The notes under the pieces: model-generated
Database searches by the model: none
Seen by the model: only the letters and a program-made list of their open reading frames with translations
Told to the model about the DNA's origin: nothing
Source of the DNA: Octopus vulgaris
Lineage: Eukaryota
Direction: 5' to 3'
Assembly (NCBI GenBank): GCA_951406725.2
Contig: OX597841.1
Location: 19,654,001 to 19,718,000 of the forward strand
DNA length: 64,000 bases
Position numbers and translations under genes: made by a program
Shown here: in pieces, positions 11,332-28,075 of the stretch
Numbering within the stretch: the first letter of the stretch is position 1
How the letters are laid out: each line of letters begins with the position of its first letter

Positions 11332-11916
11332 TATATATATATATATATATATATGTAGGTCCCGGGTTGATTCGGGGTTAACCACAGTAAGTAAGGTACT
11401 CAATACATAGCAGAGTAAAATTAATTTATTATATAGAAGGAGCTTCTACAGGACTAGTACTGTTTCATTCATATATACATATATACATATATACGACGGG
11501 CTTCTTCCAGTTTCCGTCTACCAAATCCACTCACAAGACTTTGGTCGGCCTGAAGTTATAGTAGAAGACACTTGCCCACGGTGCCACACAGTGGGACTGA
11601 ACCCAGGACCATGTGGTTGGTAAGCAGTCTACTTACCACACAGCCACTCCATGCTGTTATACATAGTTAATTAGTTTAAATGTGAATTGATGAAGAAACT
11701 GTTTCATTAGGAAATAAAATAGAAAGATGAAAATCAGAATGGATCTGCTGGTTTAAATGTGACCCAGGTGAGGGAGGGGGGTGAGAAGGGGAGGGGGGAG
11801 AGAGGAGGAAACGAAACGAAACGAAATAATTATGGACACACAGACGTTAGCATATACATATGGATAAAAGCACATTGACACAGATTAATTAGCTTAGGAT
11901 CTAGATTAGGAATCAG

Positions 11917-11952
<36 letters not shown>

Positions 11953-11984
11953 ATGGGCAAGAAATCTTGAAATCAAACTGAATA

Positions 11985-12532
11985 ATGACATACATACATT
12001 AAAACATATACACATACATACACACACACATACACACACACATACATATATACATACATACATACATACATACATACATACACACTCATACACACACACA
12101 TACAGACATATATACATACATACATACATACACACATATATACATACATACACACATATATACATACATACATACATATATACATACATACATACACACA
12201 CATACAGACATACATACATACATACACACATATATACATACATACATACACACATATATACATATATACATACATACATATATACATACATATATACATA
12301 CATACATACATACATACATACATACATACACACACTCATACACACACATACACACATATATACATACATACATACATACATACATACATACATGCCCACG
12401 CGCTCGCACACACACACATATACATACATACATACATACATACATACATACACACACATATACACACATACATACATACATATATACATACATACACACA
12501 CACACACATACATACATGCATACATACATACA
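11985..12532. repeat. (ATAC)n/(CA)n compound microsatellite
   Basis: Directly visible. Confidence 0.9.
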
Positions 12533-12699
12533 TTCTTTCTTTCTTTCTTTCTGCTATAGGCAGAAGGTCGGCCTGAAATTGTGGAGGATGCGGAGGTGAA
12601 TTATATCATCCCCAATGAAAGGCAAAACAAACCTCAGCAAATTTTTAACTGAAAGCATAGATGGTGGATGGACGGAGAGACAGATGGACAGACAGATGG

Positions 12700-12884
12700 A
12701 CACATTCACATTTATACCAATAATAACTGGTACCCTTGGTTTTGTGAGTAAATTCATTAGTGACAATCTGGATAGCCGAGGGTTTACCAAAAAAGAAATC
12801 AACCAACAAACTCACACATTACAAATACAATTTGTAAGTGGAACAGTAAAAGTATATAAGACTTTTCTTAAATTTAAAATGTGA
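12700..12884 (+). mobile_element. R4-like (REL endonuclease) LINE C-terminal fragment. Its 3' UTR resumes at about 13435-13530 after SINE insertions.
   Basis: TFTFIPIITGTLGFVSK...LQIQFVSGTVKVYKTFLKFKM*. Homologous pieces occur at 26525-26740 and 59280-59590. Confidence 0.6.
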
Positions 12885-12984
12885 CTGCATGGCACCTTGG
12901 GCAAGTGTCTTCTGCTATAGCCACGGGCTGACCAAAGCCTTGTGAGTGAATTTGGTAGATGGAAACTGAAAGAAGCCTGTCGTA

Positions 12985-13029
<45 letters not shown>

Positions 13030-13237
13030 ATGTTTGTGTGTCTGTGTTTGTACCCCCAACATCGCTTGACAACCGATGCTGGTGTGTTTATGTCCCCGTA
13101 ACTTAGCGGTTCGGCAATAGAGACCGATAGAATAAGTAGTAGGCTTACAAAGAATAAGTCCCGGGGTCGAGTTGCTCGACTAAAGGCGGTGCTCCAGCAT
13201 GGCCGCAGTCAAATGACTAAAATAAGTAAAAGAGTAT
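12885..13237 (+). mobile_element. SINE family A, 5' truncated
   Basis: Matches the family A body and tail. Confidence 0.8.
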
Positions 13238-14145
13238 TGATTGGCCTAAGGCTATAGTAGAAGACACTTCCTCAAGGTGTCATGCCACGGGACTGAACCC
13301 AGAACCATGTGACCAAGAAGCAAGCTTCTTACCACACAGCCACACCTATGCCTATATATATATATAGTTTGACCAGAGTTGTACCAGGTTCCAGTCTGAT
13401 TTGGTTTGGTTTCTATGGTTTCTAATAGTAAAAATGGAGCTTTGCATCTTCGCTAGAAACCAGTTCCTTTCTCAGAGGAAGAATTTGAATAATTAAGAAC
13501 AGAAGAGAACAAATATACATGCAAGCAAGCATACATAAATTCAGTTTAAGTATAAACCCAGGAGTTTTTCTTCAGAAAGTTTGCCTAGGAGTATCATCTA
13601 GCAGACACAATTTTACTGTGGAAACCAATGACTCAAGAAACATCTGGAAATCTGTGAATATCTGTAGAAAAAATATAAAAATAAAACATAGATGGAACTT
13701 GTGGAAGAGGAGACCCAAGAAGGGTGACCTCAGAACACTGAACCTTATGGGGGAGATGACAAAGGACCGTAATATCTGGTGATTTGCTATGCCCAGGAAG
13801 ACCTGTCTTCCACAGGAGAAGTGTTAATTCCACTCTCCCTGCTTTTCAGTAGGGATTGGCCTGCAAGATGGTGCCACATAAATAGCACCTGTGCCAGTGC
13901 CACAGAATAGCACCCAGGCTGGTACCATGTAAAAGCACACTTACTAGTGCCACATAAAAAGCACCCAACACATTCCATAAAGTAATTGGCATTAGGAAGG
14001 GCACCAAGCCAAATCAGACTGGAACGTGGTACAGCTCTGGTCAAACTGTCAAACCTATGCCAGCCAGCATGGAAAACAGATGTTAAATGATGATGATGAT
14101 GATATATATACATATATAAATATATATATGTATATATACATATAT

Positions 14146-14486
14146 GCTGAGACCCCCTTCGGTCATGAATGACCATGGGATTGCACCTAGAAAGTTACCC
14201 TTCCGGGCACAAGACCGGGCAAGGTTGTTTATGGAAGACCAGCAGTCACCCATGCATACCGGCCTCCCTTCTCCACGCCACCAGTGTTATCCAAGGGAAA
14301 GGCAAAGGGACCAATACAGCTTGGCACCAGTGATGTCACAGCTCATTTCTACAGTTGAGTGAACTGGAGCAACGTGAAATAAAGGGTCTTGCTCAAGAAC
14401 ACAACACGCAGCCCAGTCCGGGAATCAAACTCACAACCTCATGATTGTAAGCTCAATGCTCTAACCACTGAGCCATGCACCTTCAC
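14146..14486 (-). mobile_element. tRNA-derived SINE, family C
   Basis: Head GGTGCATGGCTCAGTGGTTAGAGC..GAGTTTGATTCCC. The tail is shared with 41420-41605. Confidence 0.7.
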
Positions 14487-14502
14487 TATATATACATATA
14501 TA

Positions 14503-14787
14503 TATTAACAGTTATCACCAAGCTAATATGGCAGTCCATAAATATAGGATGAAAGCTGCCGTTGATTAGCTCCAAGAGGCCATCACCTCCAGCGAGCTAT
14601 ATGACACATGAAACTGTGTCCATTATAATCTTCGAACAGGGGAGGTCAGCCGCTTCAAAGGTTATAATGGATACAGGTTTGTGTGTCACATAGCTAGCTA
14701 GAAGCAATGGCCTATTGGAGTTAATCAACAGCAGCATTCGTCCTATTTTTATGGACTGCCATATTAGCTTGGCGATAACTGTTAATA
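14503..14787. repeat. Fold-back element with imperfect arms of about 130 bp
   Basis: tattaacagttatcaccaagctaatatggcagtcc... pairs with ...ggactgccatattagcttggcgataactgttaata. Confidence 0.8.
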
Positions 14788-14907
14788 TCCAGTACCGCTG
14801 CTGTAGTCTCCTTTAAAGAGACTTAGCGATAATAATATTTCTATGCATACATATATATATATATTTTTTTCTCTCCTTGTTTCTCTCCTTGTTTTTTTTT
14901 CTGTGTA

Positions 14908-14945
14908 TCTTTCTGTCGAAGAGCGTAGGCTCGAAACGTAAAAGA
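14908..14945 (+). ncRNA. Degenerate minimal hammerhead
   Basis: TCTTT-CTGTCGA-A-GAGC(gtag)GCTC-GAAA-CG-TA-AAAGA. The stems are intact but core A6 is mutated. Confidence 0.55.
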
Positions 14946-15075
14946 CTTTTTCTATTTCTATTCCTGAGTGCCACTGCCTTTCGTACTCCACCGCCTTCGT
15001 CTTTTGTTTATTTTTGTAAACTTTCCCGTTTTATATATATATATATATGCATATACCTATGTGTGTGTGTATATG

Positions 15076-15720
15076 CGCAAGAGGAAGGTGCAGCCATTGG
15101 TGTCAATATCGTTGGTGATGTGTCTAACCTATTTATGGTATGCTGGGATAGGAGACTCAAAGAGGAATTAGCAGAGAACTCCCTAACCCTAACTATGTAC
15201 TCCCACTGTGTGGAGGCTATCAACATAGAAGCCAAAGCAACCATACAAGACAACGTCACTGATCTAGAAGCTGACGCTATGGAGAGCATCCAGCAAATAG
15301 CTAACTCCATCCACCAGAGTACCAAAGTAATAATAGACTACCCTAACACGCACCCAAACTCTATAGGTTACCAGTTTTAGACATGGAACTCTGGTTAGAA
15401 ACCAAGAACAATAAGGTCCAGATCCATCACTCCCATTATGCCAAACCCATGGCCCCTAAATACCTTGTCCACAAGAACACAGTGATTGTGGACAATGCCA
15501 AGTTCAATATTCTTATAGCAGACTTGGTGAGAGAGATGAAGAATGCATCTTGCACGTGTGACCCTATGGAATTGGAAAGGCACATACAACACTTAATCCA
15601 CCGCATGCAGTTCACTGACTACAACCAAGGGGACAGAATTAGAGTGTACGAAGGGGCCAGGACTAAGTAGAAAGCCATCCTAGAGAGTGATGCTAAGGGG
15701 ATCTGTCCCCTTAGGTACAG
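15076..15720 (+). pseudogene. Penelope-like element reverse transcriptase remnant (RT motifs 4-7 and thumb), frameshifted near 15375
   Basis: QEEGAAIG..GDVSNLFM..D fits Q..G.AMG..ANLFM. YSHCVEAI is a decayed Y.RYVDDI. These are followed by FLDMELW and HSHYAKPMA...ILIADLVREMKN...RMQFTDY. Confidence 0.75.
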
Positions 15721-17467
15721 GAGTAAATGCTGAAACAGCAAGGAAAGTACCAGTCAGAAGATGAATAAGGGCCAACACTTGGTACGGGAGCAGAAAAATA
15801 CCAGAGTGCCATGTTTGTTAGTTTGAGGCTATAGTAGAAGACGCTTGCCCAAGGTGCCACAGAGTGAGACTGAAACCAGAAGCTTCTTACCACACAACCA
15901 TATAACATAATAGGATAGAATGGCAATTTCAAATTTTGGCATAATGCCAGGAAGTTTGGCAGGAGGTGTTAAGTCAATTACATCAACCCCAGAGTCCAAC
16001 TGGTACTAATTTTATTGACCCCAAAAGGATGAAAGGTAAACTCAACATCAGTGGAATTTGAACTCAGAACACTAAGACAGGTTCTGCCAGTTTGTTGCTG
16101 TAATAATTTAATGAGTGAGAAAGAGAGACAAACAGACAGATAAATGAACACAAAGAGAAAGAGACAGAGAGAGGGATGCAGAGACAGACAAACTGATATA
16201 TATATAGAGAGAGAGAGAGAGAGAGGAGACAGATAGACAGATAAATAGAAAGAGAGGGGGAGATAAATAAATAGATAGACAGACAGACAGGTAGATAGAC
16301 AGATAGATAGATTCGAAATTCATTGAGGAGTAACGACTTATGAAATGACAACTTACAATAAATGTATAAAAATCTGAGTATGGGACATTCAATGACCTTC
16401 CTCGTGTTTACAAATTAAGGTGTATACATTTCACACACACACACAGGTAGGTAGGTAGGTAGGTAGGTAGGTAGGTATATGCGTAAGTTTGTGTATTTGT
16501 GAGTAATATGCGTTATGTTTACAAAAGTATATCGTTGCTATTCTTACAGACTTCAGCTGGCCTCGGGTGCCTTTTGTGTTGTGTGGGTCTGTGTTCGGGT
16601 GTGTATACTATATATCCAGACATTAGTCTATCAACACTGATGTATATACATACAATATATGCATACATTATAGTATTCTAACATACATATATTATGTTAT
16701 TGTGGAGACTTTGATCTTGTGCGTGTCAGTTACTGCACACCTCTTCTGCACATCAACTGCGGATCGAGGGGAAGAAGGATCAAAATCGTTCTGTGACCAT
16801 CTTATCTCTTTATTTGTCTATTTATATATTTCATATACAGTGTATCTAGGACTACACTCTCTAATGTGTCTGGTTTTCTTTTTCTTTTTTCAAACTGTAG
16901 ATTGTGATCTGAGAGGGAAGCTTTTTGGCCTTTTTCCTTCACGGGGGAGGTTCCTTCGTCAAGTTCCTCAATGTGCGCGCTAGCATATTTTCGTTTAGCT
17001 CCAGTTCCATTCTGATCGATCGAACGGAGCGACTATAATCAAATCTGATCCAATCGTGACTATCCCATTTGTTTCTTTTATTTTATTTATTTTATCTATT
17101 TTCTATGTTAGCGGATAAATGCATGACCAAGTTATATAATGCGTCCCTTCCTAATTTACGATATAAAGGGTCTGAATGCTACTATTTCCAACCTATAGAG
17201 CGACTAGGTAGAGCCTCCTCACTCCCCCCCTCTCTTTCTTTCTCTCTCGTATGTGTGTGGTGTGTGTGTGTGTTTGTGTGTGAATGGTTTTTATTCAAGG
17301 TTACGGCAGCATCATATCAACAAACAGAACTGGCTGGTTGGCTGGTTGGCTGGTTGGATGAATGGAAGGATGGATGGAGAAACAGAGGAATGAAGTACAA
17401 CACAAACATAGAGCTGGCTGGCTGGCTTTCACCTTGTTAAACAGACTTAGTGAGATAAAACACAATA

Positions 17468-20230
<2,763 letters not shown>

Positions 20231-20557
20231 ATAGGTGTGTGTGTGTGTACATACATACATGTAAGCATAGATTTAAGTATATATTATACATACAAACATC
20301 GTATATTCATCGACAGACATATTATGCGTGTGTGTTACAAAACAAAGCAGGGTCGGAGGGAAAAAAGGGGCCAGAGGGGGGGAATCAACAGATGAGAAAG
20401 TAAAGTAAAATACTACGGAATAAAAGAGAAATTAAGGAAAGAACCGAGAGTATTAGGGAAAATATACATGTATAATGAGTAAACAGTATATATATATATA
20501 TGTGTGTGTGTGGGTATATATATATATATATATATATAATTACCAAGATAGATAGAT

Positions 20558-20592
<35 letters not shown>

Positions 20593-21056
20593 TAGTGTGG
20601 TATGGCCCTTATATGTGTGTGTTTGCCTAATCATGTGTGTTTATATTAAAATATATATACATATATAAATCCAAACCTCACTGTTTTGGTCTCGTTGCTG
20701 TTGTTATTGTTGTTGTTGATGTCCGTTGGTCAATCGTCGGTCATCCCTATTTTAACCAGACCTTATGAGCAAAATCCGTTCAAGCCATGGCTATCCCGTC
20801 TCAATTTTTCTCAAACATTTAGCTGTTGATTAGGGAAAGATTTAGCTGCTATTTCCTGCGCCTCCACTGACTTCAAACACGTTCCTTCCTCGATGCTTTC
20901 TGTTTTCGTCTAGTTTCGTACACAGATCAGCTGATGAATCGTTAATTAAACATCACATTCTATATACATTAATATACACAAATATATTCATATATAAAAT
21001 ACAATATTTAATATAATATTTATATGTGTGTGTATATAAGCAAAATGCACGGATCG

Positions 21057-21359
21057 TGTTTATTCAAACACATTTTGGCTGGCTTATGTTAACAGTGAAT
21101 AGGTGCGTGTGTATATATATTACTTACACACATACACACATGTATGTATAAACACACACACACATGTATGTGTGTCTATTTCTACGACTTGCCCATTGTT
21201 TACGAATGTTTAACTCCAATGCTATGTGTATTTACGTGTATACACACTGAATGAGTTGTGTATGAGGAGGTGTTTATATATATATATACATATATTTATG
21301 TATATCATGACATATTATCCATTGTGCATGTATATTGTTTACAAGTATGTTTTGTTTAC
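21057..21359. promoter_or_regulatory. Cluster of FoxO/forkhead sites, a candidate enhancer of the FBXO32-like gene
   Basis: TTGTTTAC at 21196, 21335 and 21352; TGTTTAT at 21057 and 21271; ATAAACA at 21148. Confidence 0.4.
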
Positions 21360-21585
21360 AGACCCACACAGCATCAGGCTATGTGTGTGTGTGTGTGTGT
21401 GTGTGTATACGCGTGTATACGTGTGTGCGTTTGTGCTTTCTGAAGATATGTATGTATGTATTGTACGCGTGTGTGCATATGCGCAGGTATGCGTGTATAT
21501 ATATATTTGACACGAATTGAACCTCCCAGCTTAGAGGCAACAGGAGGCGGGGGGACGATGTTTTGAGCAAATAATCGGGCAGGAC

Positions 21586-21637
21586 GTGTGTGTGAGTGTG
21601 TGTGGGTGTGTGTGTGAGTGTGAGTGTGTGAGTGTGT

Positions 21638-21708
<71 letters not shown>

Positions 21709-22064
21709 TGTGAGTGTGTGTGTGAGTGTGTGAGTGTGTGTGAGTGTGTGTGTGTGTGTATGTGAGTGTGTGTGAGTGTGTGTGTACGGGGTGGTCTTTA
21801 GTGCACACACACACACACACGTTTATATAAATATTAAATTAAATCATTTTTTATTATATCATATATTTATATAAATGTTTATTTTGTTTTGTTTTTTTCG
21901 GCCCAAAACACACTCATCAACACACACACCTATCTGAGATATGTGTAGAATCTTTTCACATATGTGTGTGTGTGTGTGTCTGTGTGTGTGAGTGTCATAT
22001 GTGTGTGTGTGTGTGTCTGTGTGTGTGTCTGTGTGTGTGTGTGTGTGTGTGTGAGTGTGTGTGT

Positions 22065-22100
<36 letters not shown>

Positions 22101-22135
22101 GTGTGTGTCTGTGTGTGTGTGTGTGTGTTTGCGTG
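21586..22135. repeat. (TG)n microsatellites
   Basis: Directly visible. Confidence 0.9.
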
Positions 22136-23150
22136 TTATGTGTTATATAATTGTTACGTTTAGTGCCTGGCGTATTAAGAAATAAATCCACAACCTAAAC
22201 AAAGCGTGTGTATATGCACACACACACACACACATATATATACGTGTGTGCGTTTTATATGCACCCGGATTATTCAGGAATACCCACGTAAGCAAGATTG
22301 CCTCACTGTTTCTTGTGGCTGGAAATATCTCACTGCCAACTCTTCTCTGTCTATTTCGTTTTCCCTTCACACACACACACACACACACACATTTTCATAC
22401 ACATACAAACACACCCTCTCCTTTATTTTCTCTCTCTTTCATTATTTCTCTCCATCTTTCTTGTAATCTCTCTTTTCTACGACTATTATCTCTGCATATT
22501 TGCTTCACCTTCGTTATCTCTCTCTCTCTCCCTCTCTCTCTCTCATGTTCCTTGTCATATCTACCTTTCACAAAATCTCTCTCTATATATATCCTTTTGC
22601 TTTTCTTTGTCTCCATCATTCTGCCATGTGTGTGTGTGTGTGTGTGCGTAAGTGTGTATGCGTCTGCGTGTGTTTCAGTGTCTGTTTCTCCATCTCTACT
22701 TCTTTCTTTCATTCAATATATCTTTACTTCATTCGTCCACTCTTTGACTCGTATTTAACACACACACACTTACACACACACACACATACACACATATACA
22801 CACATACACACGCGCGCGCACGCACACAGATCTATCTTCCTCTTAGTCATCTTCTTCCACGTTCACTACTTCACTCTTTCGCTTATTCTCTCTTGCTATC
22901 TACAGGCCTCGTTCTCTTTAACACACTCTCATCTCCCTCTTTCTCTCACTCACTTTCTCTCCCTCTTTGTGTTGCTCTCTATCTATCTATCCATCTATCT
23001 ATCTGTCTGTCTGTCTATCTATCTACCTATCCCTCTTTCTCTCTGTTTATCTATCTCATCTTTTTGCTAAAAGTCATTTAATTCTTTGGAAACTGATGGT
23101 TAATTCACTTACTTCGCTCCTCAGAGTTCCTCAACGTGTACATCTATCTA

Positions 23151-23295
<145 letters not shown>

Positions 23296-23364
23296 CTAGA
23301 AATGGCAAAACAATAGAAGAATGAAAGAGACCTCGTTATTATGTAGAGGAATTTATCTGTAAAT

Positions 23365-23395
<31 letters not shown>

Positions 23396-23417
23396 CCTAA
23401 TATCAAAGTCTCATTCT

Positions 23418-23822
<405 letters not shown>

Positions 23823-23840
23823 TATATATATATATATATA

Positions 23841-25486
23841 CTAGCAGTAAAACCCGTCGTTGACCACGTAATTACTTTGACTGTTTATCGAGGGCTACAT
23901 TGAAAGTATTATTATAATTCACTCCTGCTGTATGTCTGTATTTTTAGAAGAGAAAGGTCAATATCATTCATGAACTTGTGTTTGTTTGTGATATGACAAT
24001 AATAAATGAGTTGAATGTGTTATTTTGTTTATCTGTACAGTAATGGCAATGGTATAATATTTTTGTAAGAGAAAAACATGTAATAATTGAAGTAAGTAAA
24101 AAGATGATTTTTATACGTGAAGTTCTGTTTGTTTATTACATGATAATAATGAGATGTATGTGTTATTTATCAATACAGTGATGACAATTATATAATACAG
24201 TTCACTGAAAAAGGTAATTTACTCATTCTTGACTGTAATGGTGAATGAAGACATAGGACTGTTCAGGTTGCATTAAGAATGAATATTTCTTTATGAACAA
24301 TGTTTTTTTTTGTTTTTGTTTTATTTCGGGGGTACAAAAGCCTTTACTAGAAACAGGGAGAATGTATGGCTCAATGAAGTTTGTGCACAATTAATCTTGT
24401 GCCATTGCATAATTTTGGTTGAGACAAAATCTGTAATAGCGTAATAGGAGTCCCCTTTTTTCAACTGAAGACAATGAGGAGCTGTACCTGGTGGTTGTGG
24501 TGAGTTAAAGAATTCGATGGGGTAGTTGACCCGATCCCGATCATCATCAACACTGCCAATTGAGTTATAAGCGAAGACTTCTGGAAATTTATTCAATAGC
24601 ATGTGATTAATGGTATGTAGAGGAACATTTTTTGGAGCCAGGAGAGCTCTGTCACTGTTATAATCTGTATTGTAATTATGAAGAAGATCAGGAAAAGTTC
24701 CATACATCAAATCATTGTTGGAATCAGTTGAATTACATATTGAATTGAGTGTAAGAAACTGTTATTCATCAATTAGAATTCTCCTTTCACCGAGTTTCAA
24801 AGAGTTCAGCTGATTGATCTCGTATCTGTCGAAAGTTGAAGTCTTTTCACATGATGCCATAATACAGAAGACTCCATAGAAGCATTCAGCTCATCGGCTT
24901 CTCAATATGTTCTGCAAATCTCACCATAAACTTGTTTTAAACTTTCCTATGAAGTTGGTCCTCATTTTACATGAAGAAGCATTCTGAGATGAAAGCATTC
25001 ATTTTGATTAGGATGTAGAGTATATAATCTACCAATTGTTGTACCAAACTTAATCTCAGAATGACATGGAACTTTTGTACCAATTTTCTGTCTATTCCAT
25101 TTATTATTACTCCATGTTTAATAAGGAACCTTGTGATATAGCAGCATTTTTGCAAAATTGTTCCCCCAGCAAAGATTGAAAAGGGCTGCTGAAGTGGTAT
25201 CCTTTGGATTTGAAACTTAGTTTGCAGCTGTCTCAGCAGAGAAGTAAACCCTTTGACCATTTTCTAAATGCACAGAAAGTTGAAAGCCGGGTGCTTTCCG
25301 TGGATTGGGAATCCAAAGAGGCAGACAGAAGGCTTCGTTACTGCTAATGATTATCTCGCTAATTGATATTGTTTAACTTTGTCATTAGTGTTTTCTTGAA
25401 CGGCGAAAGAAGCAGAATTAGAAGAGACAGAAGGAGAGAAAGAGAGAGAAGGAGAGAGAGACGACGAAAAGAGAGAGAGAGACGTA

Positions 25487-25557
<71 letters not shown>

Positions 25558-25670
25558 GGAAAGGAAGAGAGAGAAAGATAGAAAGAAAGGAAGAAAGGGA
25601 AAGGAAGAAAGATAGAGAAAGGAGGAGAGAGACAGAAAGTGAAAGTTACAGAAAGAGAGAGAAACCTGAA

Positions 25671-25703
<33 letters not shown>

Positions 25704-25778
25704 TCTTTTATTCTTGCTTCGGTATTTTCACGGAGAAATGTAACGATTGATGTGTATGTGTGTATGTTCTTTTAGTGA

Positions 25779-25822
<44 letters not shown>

Positions 25823-25970
25823 GAACGAAGAGAGAGAGGGGAAGAAAGAGAGGGAAATAGATAGAGAAGAAAGAAAATCCTACGGAGATGGTGTCTGGTT
25901 TTAGTTTCACTTTGCAGGACAAACAGACAAATGGGCAGAATCTCTCTTTTATGTATATATTATACTAAGA
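23841..25970 (-). mobile_element. Decayed Helitron with PIF1-type helicase fragments
   Basis: ORF 24321-24710 reads RALLAPKN...INHMLLNKFP...VNYPIEFFNSPQPPGTAPHCLQLKKG, typical of Helitron helicases. The 3' CTAG terminus is at 23841. The 5' boundary is approximate. Confidence 0.75.
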
Positions 25971-27072
25971 GATATACATTTATATATATTTATAAATGTA
26001 TATAAACTCATACAAGCCAGCAGGCTGAAGCTTCGAGGTCACTGTCAACATCATACTTGTAAAAGAAAAATAAATATGGAGTAATCCTTCAGTTCAATGT
26101 AAAATTATTTTTATTGCAAGTCAACAAAAAATAAACAATATATAGATACACAAGGGTGTGTGTATATATATATATACATACACACGTGTGGTGAGGATAT
26201 GTATGAATACATAATATGTGTGTGTGTGTGTGTGTGTGTGTATACATATGTGCATGTCGCTAATTCACGGCTAGAATACATTTGATCACAGGTTTTCCTC
26301 AGTTAGTACTGATTCAACAATGCCACCTCTAAGCAACTGCTCGTCTTGCTAGAAGTAGCAGCTAACTCTCCATCGAATCACACCCTCGGACCTTATACAT
26401 GCAATAAAGAAAATGAATGTTACTTGGGTTTGGGTTCGGCCTTCCGTTATTTTACAGCTCATGGGGTGGCCTTGTAATTCTTCTCTTTCCTAACCTCACT
26501 CTCACGGATCGAGAACTTATTGCCACTGTTGTATGTATGTCTCTTCCATACTTAATCGTTTAAATTCTTCCTCTGAAGAAGGAGCTGGTTTCTGACAAAG
26601 ATACCAAGTTCCATCTTTGGAATCTTAAACCTGAGAAAAATTTTGCATTGTTTTACTGATTGTGGTTGCAATGTGCAAATCAGTCGGTTGGTTTCTTTTC
26701 TGAAAATTCAAGCTTATCCAGACTGACAGACATTTACTCACAAAACTAGTTTCTGTATATAATGTACGTAGGTAGGTTGGTAGGTTTAGCCAGTTGGAAG
26801 GTAGGTATGACTTAGTCAAGTTATTTCATTTGGAGAATTCAAGCTGGCTGATAACCAAGCGGCACGGCTCTTTTGCCTGTGGTCGTCTGATTCAGTCAAT
26901 TTGTGCGTGCGTGCGTGCGTGTGTGTGTGTGAGAGAGAGAGAGTGTGTGTGTGTTGTATGTATGCGTGTGTGCGCACACATATGTATGCTTTGAAATTTG
27001 TATGTAGTGTGTGTGTGTGTATGTATATATATTTATATACTTTATTTTAAGCAGCAGAAAATTCAACAAAAT

Positions 27073-27110
27073 CTGTTACTCTGAGTTTCTCGTTGCCGTT
27101 CATCAGACAG
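27073..27110 (-). ncRNA. Minimal hammerhead in an inverted Penelope-like terminal repeat (about 27037-27184)
   Basis: Minus strand: CTGT-CTGATGA-ACG(gcaa)CGA-GAAA-CTCAGAG-TA-ACAG, with one stem-II mismatch. Confidence 0.75.
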
Positions 27111-27540
27111 TTTTTATTACTCTACCACTGGTATTTGAGTACTCTTTTTTCCACCTTGTTTCACATTTATGTGTTTACTCCGGTATATATTTATATATAT
27201 ATATCTTGTTCTTCTTCCTTTCTGTTTTTCTCTCCCACCCTTTCTCTAATTCTTCTCCTCTCCCCTTCACCGTTCCATCTTTCTCTTTCACTCTTCCTCC
27301 TTGACTCTCTCGTTGCTCACACATAACCAACGGCTATCTTTCTTTCTTCCACTTCCTTCCCAAAGACAAGACGTGCTTTTGCCTGTCTCTTCTCAAAGCT
27401 CGTTTCTCCAGCGTTCACCAATTCACATCGTCTTGGCTTAACAGCCAACACCGTTTGTTTTTACTGGTTTGTTCTTACTGTACTGTTTTTGTTACCACTT
27501 TAACCCTCCGAAAAAATCCCAAATTTTATTTAATTTGCTT

Positions 27541-27941
27541 GCAGGAGTGGCTGTGTGGTAAGTAGCTTGCTTGCCAACCACGTGGTTCTGGGTTCAGTCC
27601 CACTGCGTGGCACCTTGGACAAGTGTCTTCTACTATAGCCTCGGGCCGACCAAAGCCTTGTCAGTAGATTTGGTAGACGGAATCTGAAAGAAGCTCGTCG
27701 TATATATTTATGTATATATATGTATGTGAGTGTATATGTTTGTGTGTCTGTGTTTGTCCCCCCCCCCCCCCAACATCGCTTAACAACCGATTCTGGTGTG
27801 TTTATATCCCCGTAACCTTGCGGTTCGGCAAAAAGGACCGATAGAAATATCCTGGGGTTGAGTTGCTCGACTAAAGGCGGTGCTCCAGCATGGCCACAGT
27901 CAAATGACTGAAACAAGTAAAAGAGAGAAAGAGTAAAAGAG
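27541..27941 (+). mobile_element. SINE family A
   Basis: Head and tail match family A. Confidence 0.8.
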
Positions 27942-28075
27942 TATAGTCTCGGGCCGACCAATACCTTGTAAGAGGGTTTAGTAGACAGAAACTAAAAGAA
28001 ACACGTCGTGTAGTGTAAGTGCCAACCCACGAAACTCTCGAACCTTGAGTCACTCGATTACTTCTGCTAAATATA

